Positions 1 to 8,673 of a stretch of 50,096 nt of DNA are shown here, one piece after another (position 1 is the stretch's first letter; every line of letters starts with the position of its first letter). Where the stretch lies: positions 1 through 50,096 of the forward strand of contig JAJRTK010000512.1 in assembly GCA_024278345.1 (NCBI GenBank), written 5' to 3'. The notes under the pieces are model-generated. The model made no database searches and was not told where the DNA came from. It saw only the letters and a program-made list of their open reading frames with translations. Origin of the DNA: a bacterium (GTDB taxonomy: Bacteria; CSSED10-310; JAJRTK01). The position numbers and the translations under genes are program-made.

Positions 1-25
1 CGCTGGCGGTCAGTAGCTCTTCGGA

Positions 26-1570
26 TCAAGCCCGGGTTTCCGCCTCTTTCTGACGACGTTCTCGCTTGATCCGGATCGCACGGATGACAATGATGAAAAA
101 TGCCAATCCAAGGACTACCGCAATCACCACGGAGACCGTGGCCGTCGGATCTCCCGACACCACCAGGAACGGTATCACCTCCGTTTTTCCCTCCACGTCA
201 AGGCTCAGCTCCACGATGTATTCGCCCTCTTGTGGGAAAGTTGCCGACAGCGAGTGAGGTTGTTCGTAGGGAATGACTTCCAGTGAAGAAAGCACTTCCA
301 AGCTTCGCCCGAAGGTGAAAGTCCGCAGGATCCGTACCCGAATCGGCTCCTGATAGGGCTGGCCGCTGTCCCGGTTCTTGATGTAAAAAGCCAAGTTTGC
401 TGTTTCTCCCGGTATCGGGCGACCGGGATAGCTGGTGAGCAAGATGTCATAAGGTCCAGTGGACGCTGGGTATTCCAGGATCGGGACCTGAGGATAGTTC
501 TCCTTGTAGGAGTAGTGGGGAAGCCCTAGGATGTGGTGCGCAGCGGCGGATGCTGGCAAAAGAGCCGAGACCAGGATGACGGCCGCCATCGCGGTCCGTG
601 AGCTTTTTTCGGGCGGGTGGCTCTTCTTGATCCTCGCACGGGAACGACCGGGCAAACCCGCGGTAAAGAGAAGGGCCTTTTCCGGACAATGCCGAAGGCA
701 AACACCGCAGTTATCGCACTCCATTTCGTAGGATTGGAGCACGGGATTCAGCCCCTCTTCGCAGACCGGCTCGCATTCCCGGCATCCGGTGCAAAGATTC
801 GCATCCAGCCTGATGCGAAGAAGTCGGCCGGCGCCGAGCAGGCCGTACAAAGCACCACCAGGGCAGAGGGTCCTGCACCACCAACGGCGAGAAACAAAGA
901 CTTCCACGGCAATGATGATTCCTAGAATCAGGAGCATTCCCGTGAATGCCGTTCCAAAAATCCAGGCGTGGACCAGCCGACTGATTACCGCAGGCGGGTA
1001 GATCAGCGCAAAGAATGGCAATCCCGCCACAGCCGCTACGATCAAGCCGGCTCCCAGGAAGGCATATTTGTTTCCGTGGGAAAATTCCACCTCACCGGGG
1101 GGAAGCTCGGCGAACCTCAGCAGTTTTCGCAGTTTTCCCGCAAGCTCGAACAACACGTAACCCGGGCAGATCCCACTACAGAAGACTCGCCCCAAAAGCA
1201 GCGTGACGAGAACAGGGATCAAGATAGACAAGAGCATGGGGCCGTAGAGAGTCTTCGAGGCCACGACCATTTCCGCGGCTGCCAGCGGATCGCTCAGCTC
1301 CACTCCCCAAAGGCGCATGGACCAGAGCGTTCCTTTGAAACCATCCAGGAACTGCTGTGGTTGCTCCATGGGGGCCACGGTATCGTCAATGAACCGCAAC
1401 ACCTTTCCCTGAAAACCCGCCATGAGTTGATCATCTTCCAAGGCCCGCGCAGCGCGATAATGGGCGTAGAGGCTCAAGTAGACCACAGCGATGACTACGG
1501 CCATCACCGATGCCTGGACCATCCGCCGCAGAATCTGCAACGCCAAGTGTCGAACTTGATAGGCATTCAT
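26..1570 (-). CDS. NapH/CcoG-type membrane polyferredoxin fused to a C-terminal TM-flanked extracytoplasmic domain
   Basis: 514 aa. ATG at 1570 has AGGAGG 7 nt upstream. TM helices, two CX3CP motifs (CSGICPG, CRTLCPGG) and two [4Fe-4S] motifs (CTGCRECEPVC, CDNCGVCLRHCP) match NapH/MauN/CcoG proteins. Residues ~323-514 add a TM helix, a ~135-aa hydrophilic domain starting HHILGLPHY, and a C-terminal TM anchor with a basic tail. Confidence 0.8.
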   Translation of the reverse strand: MNAYQVRHLALQILRRMVQASVMAVVIAVVYLSLYAHYRAARALEDDQLMAGFQGKVLRFIDDTVAPMEQPQQFLDGFKGTLWSMRLWGVELSDPLAAAEMVVASKTLYGPMLLSILIPVLVTLLLGRVFCSGICPGYVLFELAGKLRKLLRFAELPPGEVEFSHGNKYAFLGAGLIVAAVAGLPFFALIYPPAVISRLVHAWIFGTAFTGMLLILGIIIAVEVFVSRRWWCRTLCPGGALYGLLGAGRLLRIRLDANLCTGCRECEPVCEEGLNPVLQSYEMECDNCGVCLRHCPEKALLFTAGLPGRSRARIKKSHPPEKSSRTAMAAVILVSALLPASAAAHHILGLPHYSYKENYPQVPILEYPASTGPYDILLTSYPGRPIPGETANLAFYIKNRDSGQPYQEPIRVRILRTFTFGRSLEVLSSLEVIPYEQPHSLSATFPQEGEYIVELSLDVEGKTEVIPFLVVSGDPTATVSVVIAVVLGLAFFIIVIRAIRIKRERRQKEAETRA

Positions 1571-1585
1571 TCTTGACCTCCTGTC

Positions 1586-2311
1586 TCAAGCCATGACGCG
1601 GGTCGGAACAACCCTGATCGCCGGCTCTCCTCGGACCATCACACGGCAGATCTCTTCGCACATCCCGCATCCGGCACATCGAGCCTCATGGACGGTGGGA
1701 GCCAGAAAGGATCCCGGCTCCAGAGTAATGGCGCGTTCCCGGAGCGGACAAAACATGTAGCACTCGCCGCAAACGCCGCGCCGTTCCGTAGTGGCAACCA
1801 CCTCTGTAGGCTGGCGGCCAAGTTCCATGAGCAACGCCTGTTGCGCACGAATCGCCTTCGCCTTGTGAGACAGGCAGCGATCCTCGAAAAGCTCCACCGA
1901 CGCCATTCGAACCAAAGCCTTCTCTTTTCGTGGAGTGGGAATCAAGGCCGCGGTTGGACAGACCTGGGTACAGTCCATACAAAGGGTGCAGGCTTTGGCC
2001 GCGGGCTTGATGTAGGGGGTATGGTAATGCAGTCCGTTTCTTTCGGTGAAAAATTGAATGGCGCCGACTGTACAGGCATCCTGGCAACGATAACAGCGAA
2101 TGCAGGCGCTCAGGAAAGCCGCTTCCTCAAGAGCGCCAGGAGGCCGGATCAAACTCTTCGGGTTCGAGACCTTCTCTCCAAGTAGAACTGGATAGTCCAG
2201 CTCGCGACGCCTCGACAAAGCATGGACTGTTCCCAAAACCACGGCGAGGCCCGTGGCCTTGAACAGCCATCGGAAAAGCCTTGAGAACAACTGCCGTCGC
2301 GTCCAGGACAT
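1586..2311 (-). CDS. NapG/MauM-like periplasmic poly-[4Fe-4S] ferredoxin (second paralog)
   Basis: 241 aa. Twin-arginine-like N-terminus (TRRQLF) is followed by a hydrophobic segment. RPPGAL..CIRCYRCQDAC plus the clusters CTLCMDCTQVCP, CGECYMFCP and CAGCGMCEEIC. Its start overlaps the upstream stop (TGATG at 2309-2313). Confidence 0.8.
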   Translation of the reverse strand: MSWTRRQLFSRLFRWLFKATGLAVVLGTVHALSRRRELDYPVLLGEKVSNPKSLIRPPGALEEAAFLSACIRCYRCQDACTVGAIQFFTERNGLHYHTPYIKPAAKACTLCMDCTQVCPTAALIPTPRKEKALVRMASVELFEDRCLSHKAKAIRAQQALLMELGRQPTEVVATTERRGVCGECYMFCPLRERAITLEPGSFLAPTVHEARCAGCGMCEEICRVMVRGEPAIRVVPTRVMA

Positions 2312-2913
2312 CAGCCCAGCTCCACCTTGACCCGGATCGCTTGGGGATACCGGATACAGGCACGCTCACAAAGGCCACAACCCACACACTGATCGGCGTG
2401 AACCGTGGGCCGTTCCCACAGCCCCAGGGTGAGGGCTCGGTTGGGAAAAGGGCAGGCCCGGAAGCAAGCGCCACAGCTCCAGCTATTGTACGAATAGCAG
2501 AGCTTGAAGTCGATCTGGGCGATTCCCATGGCGACCTTCGTCTGGATCTCCTCCGCGTTCTTGTGAACGAGCCGCAGCGCACCAGACGGGCAGGCTTCAG
2601 TGCATTTGAGGGTGTCGCCCTTGACGCTCATGCAAAGCATACATGCCTGTCTGCGAGGCTGAATGACGGGAGTCATCTCTTCTCCTGGCCCAGAAGAACG
2701 CCCGGAGGGGAGAATCGCGTTGTTGGGGCAGGCATCAGCGCACCGCTGGCATCGGATGCAACGAGCCAGGAACTCGATCTCAGGCAAGGCCCCAGGCGGC
2801 CGGATGGGATGAGAGCCCGTCTTTTGGGGCACCACAAGGCCTGCTGCCGCGCCGGTCGCAAGGGTCGCGGCTCCGGTCATCAACACGTTTTTGAGGAAAT
2901 TCCTGCGATCCAC
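2311..2913 (-). CDS. NapG/MauM-like periplasmic poly-[4Fe-4S] ferredoxin (first paralog)
   Basis: 200 aa. GTG start at 2913 with GAGAGG upstream. Tat motif DRRNFLK. IRPPGAL..CIRCQRCADACP, CMLC..CTEACP, CGACFRACP and CVGCGLCERAC give four ferredoxin-type clusters. Confidence 0.85.
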   Translation of the reverse strand: MDRRNFLKNVLMTGAATLATGAAAGLVVPQKTGSHPIRPPGALPEIEFLARCIRCQRCADACPNNAILPSGRSSGPGEEMTPVIQPRRQACMLCMSVKGDTLKCTEACPSGALRLVHKNAEEIQTKVAMGIAQIDFKLCYSYNSWSCGACFRACPFPNRALTLGLWERPTVHADQCVGCGLCERACIRYPQAIRVKVELG

Positions 2914-3061
2914 CGCCTCGACCTCTCAGGTGGGCAAAATGCCATGGCACGTCATGCCAGCAGAGGCGAAGCGGTGGCCCCGCCGCCTCACGGTTATTCT
3001 CAGAATTGCTAGACGAGGAGGGAAGATGAAAACAGCCTCCCCTCCTCAATTCGGAAAACGC

Positions 3062-5794
3062 CTATACGCGTTCGATACGGGCCGCGATCTTCTTGTAATC
3101 GACCTGACCGCTCACTGGATCCCAAGCCCGGTGGCTTGTCAGGTTCACGAGCCATCGGTTCTTCCGAGGGTCGGCACTGTCGGCAACGGACAAGTTCCAG
3201 GGGCTGAAGATGTGACCGGGGGGCATTTCGCTTCGAGCAGGACGCACCATACTGTCGAGACCGACGGATACACGGCATTCGTAATGGCCTCGGCGGGTGA
3301 CGATTCGGACCTTGTCGCCATCCTCAAAGCCATAGCGTTCGGCATCTTCTTCGGCCATCTCCAGATACTGTTCGGGAACGAGCTTGAGAGTCGTTGCTCC
3401 TCGGATGGTCTTGGCTGTGTGGAAATGCTCGTAAACGATCCCAAGCGAGAGCCAGAAGGGATATTTGTCCTCTGCCTTGTGGTCTTCGATGTTCTTCTTC
3501 TTGTCGCGATAGACAGCGAGGTCTGGAAGCTCCGGAGGCAGCGCCATATCCCGCGCGAGCTCGAGGAGGCTCTTGCGGCCTTCTTTTTTTGCTGCCGCAA
3601 TGTCATCGATGATGAAAGGTCCTTCGCCAGGTCGATCCTTGTTGCCGTATTCCATGAGCTTGCCAGTGATCTCTTCGATTCTGGAGTAATCCTGCTCGCA
3701 GAGCTTGAACCTGGCTTTCCCATCTTTGTGGCGGAAGGCGCCGTAAGGTTTCCCGGCCCAGCCTTCCTGGCCAAGGTAGCGGCGCGGAGTTCCGCCGGCC
3801 TTGGCGATAACACTCGTGGGCGCCGGCCATTGGATGCCTCGAAGCTGGCGAAGCTGATCGTAGGGAGTGATTCCTTCGGCCTTTTCCACTTCCAGGATAC
3901 CGGTCAAGTCAGCATCTGATCCCTTGGAAGCCGTAAGAATATCGCGAAAGATATCTTGCGGATCGTAGGCCATCAGGCCATTGCCCATCTTGATCGTTTT
4001 CTTGTACGGGAAAATTTTATCGGCATCCAAACCAAGCTTCTTGGCAAGAACCCGCCCTTTGTCGATGGCCATATCCATGTCAGGGCGGCAGTTGGGTGGC
4101 GGGTTTTTCGTTCCGTCGCAGACATAGACCCGACGTTCCGATTGAATGTAGGTGCCTCCAGTCCATTCACCCCAGGTGGCGGCGGGAAACACGACATCGG
4201 CGTACAAGTTGTTCGGGGCGTGCCGGTAGATGTCTTGAACCACCACAAACATCTTCGTCAGGGCCGGTCGAACGAGGGTTTCGCAGTCAGCCATGTGAAT
4301 GTGGGTCGTGTACATCCAGAACATGGCCATGAGATCACCCTTCAGGGCACGTTCCATCATGCCGACGACCATGCCTGGGTTCGGCAAGGCTGTCGTCTGC
4401 GCCAGTCTCTCCCTGGGCACCCGCCAGGCATCGGCGATGTGATCCCTCCATTTTTCGTTTTTCAACGGCTGATTGAAGGGAAGGCGACCCGTGAGACCAC
4501 CCATAAGCCGTTCGCTCATGGCGTTGGGTTGGCCGGTCTGGGAGTGACTGCCACAACCAGGCCGCCCAAGGTTGCCTGTCAACAGATGCAGGTTGATGAG
4601 GCCAATGGTGTTGTGTTGGCCGTGGAGCATCTGATTGTAGCCGATGCCCCAGAAAGTCAAGACGCCTCCCTTGCCGCGTTTTCGGCCCTTGATGCTTGCC
4701 TCGGCCCACTGCTTGGCGATGGTCTCGATGAGCTTCACTGTCACGCGACCGTTATCCAGAAGATCAAGGCGCTTGACGACGGCTTTGGGAGAGTATCGTG
4801 TCTTGACTCCTTCGACGTAATCACGCCAGCCTGTCGTGTTCTTTTCGAGCCATTCCTCGGGCATGCAAGCGTCGGGATACTTGGTCAAAAGAACATGGGC
4901 GATGGCGTTGTGGTAGCTGATATCGCCGTTGAAGGTCTGGAGGTGGTAGCTGTTCCTGGGGTTGATGGCTTCAAGGCCAATGACGGTTCCCGTCCGCCGG
5001 GGATCGACGACCAGTGTGGGGATGTTCTTCTGCTTCTTGTGGTCGGCAGCCCGCCAGAAAAGCACGGGATGCGCTTCTCGGGCGTTGTGCCCCCAAAAAG
5101 TAATAAAATCCGCTTGCTCCACATCCTCATAGCTGGTGGGGGGAGCATCGGACCCGTAGGAATAGAAATACCCCGTTACGGCTGAAGTCATGCACATGCG
5201 GGCATTGGCTTCGATGGAGTTGGAGCCAATGACTCCCTTCATCAAAAGGTTTTCGATCCACTGGGCCTCCATGGTGAGCTGACCCGAGCCATTCAAACCA
5301 ACATAGTTGGGGCCTTTTTCCTTAATAATCGCCGCGATCTTCTCAGCCACGAGCTCTTCGGCTTCTTCATAGGGGACTTCCCTGAACACGTTGGCGTCGA
5401 ATCGCCCTTTCGTTGCCGAAACGTGCCCTTTGAGAGGGTCGCTCATGTCTTTCCGAACGAGCACTTTGGTCAAACGATCACGGTAGATCGGCTCGTGCGC
5501 ATTGAGGCCTTTGATGCACTGAATCCCCCGGTTTGTCGGGTGCTTCTTGTCCGGCACCATGCCGACAACCTTCCCATTTTGGACGCGAATGAGCGTTCCG
5601 CAGCCCACCCCACAATAGGGGCAAGCCGATTGGAGGAGCTCCGGTCCCTTGTTGTTCGAGGCTGGAGGTGCATCTTGCGCTTCAACGAATTCAGCGGAGA
5701 AGAGGTTGGTGGCGGCACAGGCGACACCGCTGGCGGCAGCGGCCTGCATGAACTCTCTGCGATTGAAATTGACTGGCCCTTGCCTACGTGGCAT
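3062..5794 (-). CDS. napA: Tat-exported molybdopterin (Mo-bisPGD) oxidoreductase, NapA-like periplasmic nitrate reductase catalytic subunit
   Basis: 910 aa. Tat signal (NRREFMQAAAASG). N-terminal [4Fe-4S] motif CPYCGVGCG..CIKG. The Mo-ligand region ARMCMTSAV matches NapA/NasA (ARHCMASAV, RLCMSSAV). LTGQPNA and YEHFHT segments align with E. coli NapA as recalled. It is about 80 aa longer than typical NapA, so substrate is not proven. Confidence 0.7.
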   Translation of the reverse strand: MPRRQGPVNFNRREFMQAAAASGVACAATNLFSAEFVEAQDAPPASNNKGPELLQSACPYCGVGCGTLIRVQNGKVVGMVPDKKHPTNRGIQCIKGLNAHEPIYRDRLTKVLVRKDMSDPLKGHVSATKGRFDANVFREVPYEEAEELVAEKIAAIIKEKGPNYVGLNGSGQLTMEAQWIENLLMKGVIGSNSIEANARMCMTSAVTGYFYSYGSDAPPTSYEDVEQADFITFWGHNAREAHPVLFWRAADHKKQKNIPTLVVDPRRTGTVIGLEAINPRNSYHLQTFNGDISYHNAIAHVLLTKYPDACMPEEWLEKNTTGWRDYVEGVKTRYSPKAVVKRLDLLDNGRVTVKLIETIAKQWAEASIKGRKRGKGGVLTFWGIGYNQMLHGQHNTIGLINLHLLTGNLGRPGCGSHSQTGQPNAMSERLMGGLTGRLPFNQPLKNEKWRDHIADAWRVPRERLAQTTALPNPGMVVGMMERALKGDLMAMFWMYTTHIHMADCETLVRPALTKMFVVVQDIYRHAPNNLYADVVFPAATWGEWTGGTYIQSERRVYVCDGTKNPPPNCRPDMDMAIDKGRVLAKKLGLDADKIFPYKKTIKMGNGLMAYDPQDIFRDILTASKGSDADLTGILEVEKAEGITPYDQLRQLRGIQWPAPTSVIAKAGGTPRRYLGQEGWAGKPYGAFRHKDGKARFKLCEQDYSRIEEITGKLMEYGNKDRPGEGPFIIDDIAAAKKEGRKSLLELARDMALPPELPDLAVYRDKKKNIEDHKAEDKYPFWLSLGIVYEHFHTAKTIRGATTLKLVPEQYLEMAEEDAERYGFEDGDKVRIVTRRGHYECRVSVGLDSMVRPARSEMPPGHIFSPWNLSVADSADPRKNRWLVNLTSHRAWDPVSGQVDYKKIAARIERV

Positions 5795-5909
5795 GACGTT
5801 TCTCCCTTGGTTCCCCGAAAGGGGCGATGAACCAGATGCCCCCTAGGGGATTCGGACAAGGCGGTGAAACACCGCTATTTCAGGATCCGGCACGAAGTAG
5901 GCACCCCGT

Positions 5910-8666
5910 TTACCGTCCGGTAGTGAGGCTGACGAGATCTCCTTGTTCGGGCGTTGGCTGTTCGCTCGGCCTGAATGCTTCTGGCGCCCAGGTTCGAATG
6001 AAAGCGACGATATCGTTGATCTCCTTGCCCTCTAGCTCTGAAACTCCGCCCCCCCCGCGGCCGAAGGGGCGCATGGCGGTTCCGAGCCGGCCTCGGACAA
6101 TCGTCGCTTGAAGGAAACCATCGGTAGCGGCAGCCAGGAACTCAGAATTGTTTAGAGCCGGTGCCCATCCTTCGCGACCCATGGGTCCGTGGCAGCCTGA
6201 ACATTGCGTCCCATAGAGCAGTTGACCATTGCCAAGATCCGCACCCGCGACATAGCGGTGAGGGAGCGACGTCGGTGGCCGGCGTGCCCAATCTCTGAGG
6301 TAGGCGACAACGTTGTCGATATCCTCCATGGAAAGCTGCACGTTCCCTTGGCCGCCCAAGCCCATAGCCCGCATTTCTGTACCGTCGCGGCCAAGAACGA
6401 TGGTCGCTATCAAGTAGCCGTCGGCCGCGACTCGAAGGAAATCGCGATTCGCCAGTGCGCTGCCCGTGGCGCCCTGCCCTTCGGTCCCGTGACACGAAGA
6501 GCAAGCCCCTTCATAGACTCTCTTGCCAAGGGCCGCAATCCCTGTGCCCGGGCGACTACCCTCCAGGCGTGGCCGTCCTTCGATTTGCCGGAGATAAGTC
6601 ACGATGTCTTCGATCTCTTCGGCTGTCAGCTCGACGATCCCCTGAAGACCTTTGAGGAAAGGCCGCATCTCAGTGCCATCTCGCCCGTACGAAACCCAGT
6701 GGCGCAACACTGCGTTGCTGACGGAAGCCAGAAAAACAGGATTATTGAGCTGAGGTCCGGTGCCACCTTGGGCGTTGTCCCCGTGGCAGCCTGAACAGGA
6801 GCCGCGGTAAAGCCGCGCTCCGCGCACCCAGTCCCCTCGGGCGACGAAATCCTCGAGCTTCTGTCGGCGATTGTCATTGAGGCTACGCATATAGCCGATG
6901 ATCGCCGCAACATCCTCACCCCTAAGACTCTTCCAGGATGGCATCGCCGTGCCCGGCCGTCCACTGACGATGGCGTCGTAAAGGTAGTCGTCTTCCACCA
7001 CTGCAAGGAGAGAATTGGTTCGGAGCGCTGGACCAATGCCGCCTTCTGCTTTTCGGCCGTGACAGCTCGAGCAATGGCTGCGGAAAAGGCCTTTCCCAAT
7101 ACGGATCTCCCGCCGTGGCAGAGGACCGTTGGCCAGCTTTGTCAAGACTTCTTGTTTACGGGAATTCTCAAGCTGCCAGGACCGGATGTAAGCCAGGAGG
7201 TCACTGACTTGTTGATCCCCAAGATCCTTCCAACTTGGCATGGCGGTGTTGGCCCGACCGAAGACAATAGAGTCTCGTAGGAATTCATCCGAAGCTACGG
7301 CAAGGAAGGAGGGCGAACGAAGAGCCACTCCAATCCCTCCCTGGCCGCGGTTGCCGTGGCACGCCGCACACTGGCCCCGGTAGATGACGCGGCCTTTTCG
7401 GGCATCACCATAGGCAGAGCTGATCCGATCAAGAGCGGGTACTTCCTTTTGCCATGATCGGATATAATCAATGATTCGATCAATCTCTTTGGCGTCAAGA
7501 CCTCCCTGCTCAAGGTTCCATCCACCCATGGAGGTCCCGCTCCGCCCCGTGGCGATGATGCGGCGGAGGTAATCATCGCTGGCCACAGCCAGAGTATCGG
7601 GATGGTTGAGGGAGGGGGTCATAAGCTCTCGCGGCGCATCGACGAGCGTGGGCTCAATCTCCGGATCGCGAACCGTGTTGCCAACGCCATCCTTCCCGTG
7701 GCACGCACTACAAAACATCCTGAACAGGCGCCCGCCATCGACGGATTTTCCCGTGCGCGCCGGTGGTACCGGCGTAAAGGCTGCTGGCTGGCTCTTGCGA
7801 TGCAGGCTGAGCATGTAGGTCGCCAAATCCCGAGCCTGTTCATCATTGAGTTCCAGGTCCGGCATGACGGTCTCAGGTGTGACAGCGGCAGGCTCCTTAA
7901 AATGCTCGTAGAGCCACTGAGCGACGGTCCGCTCGCCCTTGACGTTCTTAAAATCAAAATCGTGTGCGACTTTGTCGCCAACCGCTGTGATCTCAGGCCC
8001 TAGGCTTCCGCCACGTCCTCGGTACTCATGGCACCCCAAACAGCCAGATTCTAAGGTGAGCTTCTTGCCTTTCCCCACAACCTCCGCCCCGGGGACGGTC
8101 CAGTCGAGTTCCGACTGGTCCAGGGGTTCTGGTGGAGCTTCCCGGGCATAGAGGTCGTTTTGGGATCCATAGAGGTCATTTTCGTAATGGCACCGCCCGC
8201 AGCTTGTATAAATTTGATCACCCCGGAGCAATGGAGTTTCCCAGTGGGGGACGTCACCGTGGGCATCGGCTATCTTGGTTGCACGGCCCTGCCCATCGTG
8301 ACAAACGGTGCATCCGAATTTGTCCACTGGATGCTGCCGAAGCCATTTTCCCGGATGCGCTTTAAGAGGTTGTTTGGCGTTGGACATGCCTGGATGCTCA
8401 ACTCCCAGATGGCAAGTCATGCATCGATCCACGCGGCCCAGTTCGGATAGGAAGAGCTGCCGGAACTCGATCTCCATTGCCTCCGCTGACGCTCGAGTCG
8501 TGTCGCTCTTCGCTTGCGCAACGAGGGTCTCCCGATAGTTGGCCTGGATTTGTCGCCATTCGCCCGCGAGGTTTTCCTCGAAAGCGGCCAGCATCATCAA
8601 CACGAGCGAAGCAAGGGAGGAAACCAATAAAATGATCTTCAGTTGCCGAACCTGTTTGTACTCCAT
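5910..8666 (-). CDS. membrane-anchored decahaem cytochrome c (three or four N-terminal haems plus six tandem class-I cytochrome c domains)
   Basis: 918 aa. N-terminal TM anchor (IILLVSSLASLVLMMLAAF). Ten CxxCH motifs (CMTCH, CTVCH, CGRCH, CLGCH, CSACH, CAACH, CSSCH, CSGCH, CSSCH, CSGCH). The last six lie in six tandem ~85-100-aa repeats, each with a distal Met (e.g. GTAMPSW, GTEMRPF). Confidence 0.9.
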   Translation of the reverse strand: MEYKQVRQLKIILLVSSLASLVLMMLAAFEENLAGEWRQIQANYRETLVAQAKSDTTRASAEAMEIEFRQLFLSELGRVDRCMTCHLGVEHPGMSNAKQPLKAHPGKWLRQHPVDKFGCTVCHDGQGRATKIADAHGDVPHWETPLLRGDQIYTSCGRCHYENDLYGSQNDLYAREAPPEPLDQSELDWTVPGAEVVGKGKKLTLESGCLGCHEYRGRGGSLGPEITAVGDKVAHDFDFKNVKGERTVAQWLYEHFKEPAAVTPETVMPDLELNDEQARDLATYMLSLHRKSQPAAFTPVPPARTGKSVDGGRLFRMFCSACHGKDGVGNTVRDPEIEPTLVDAPRELMTPSLNHPDTLAVASDDYLRRIIATGRSGTSMGGWNLEQGGLDAKEIDRIIDYIRSWQKEVPALDRISSAYGDARKGRVIYRGQCAACHGNRGQGGIGVALRSPSFLAVASDEFLRDSIVFGRANTAMPSWKDLGDQQVSDLLAYIRSWQLENSRKQEVLTKLANGPLPRREIRIGKGLFRSHCSSCHGRKAEGGIGPALRTNSLLAVVEDDYLYDAIVSGRPGTAMPSWKSLRGEDVAAIIGYMRSLNDNRRQKLEDFVARGDWVRGARLYRGSCSGCHGDNAQGGTGPQLNNPVFLASVSNAVLRHWVSYGRDGTEMRPFLKGLQGIVELTAEEIEDIVTYLRQIEGRPRLEGSRPGTGIAALGKRVYEGACSSCHGTEGQGATGSALANRDFLRVAADGYLIATIVLGRDGTEMRAMGLGGQGNVQLSMEDIDNVVAYLRDWARRPPTSLPHRYVAGADLGNGQLLYGTQCSGCHGPMGREGWAPALNNSEFLAAATDGFLQATIVRGRLGTAMRPFGRGGGGVSELEGKEINDIVAFIRTWAPEAFRPSEQPTPEQGDLVSLTTGR

Positions 8667-8673
8667 GATGCCC

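Noticed and set aside
2891-5185. ORFs 2891..3919 (+) of 342 aa and 3956..5185 (+) of 409 aa
   Set aside because: They are antisense to the well-supported NapA-like gene, have no recognisable domains and show high-GC shadow-ORF composition.
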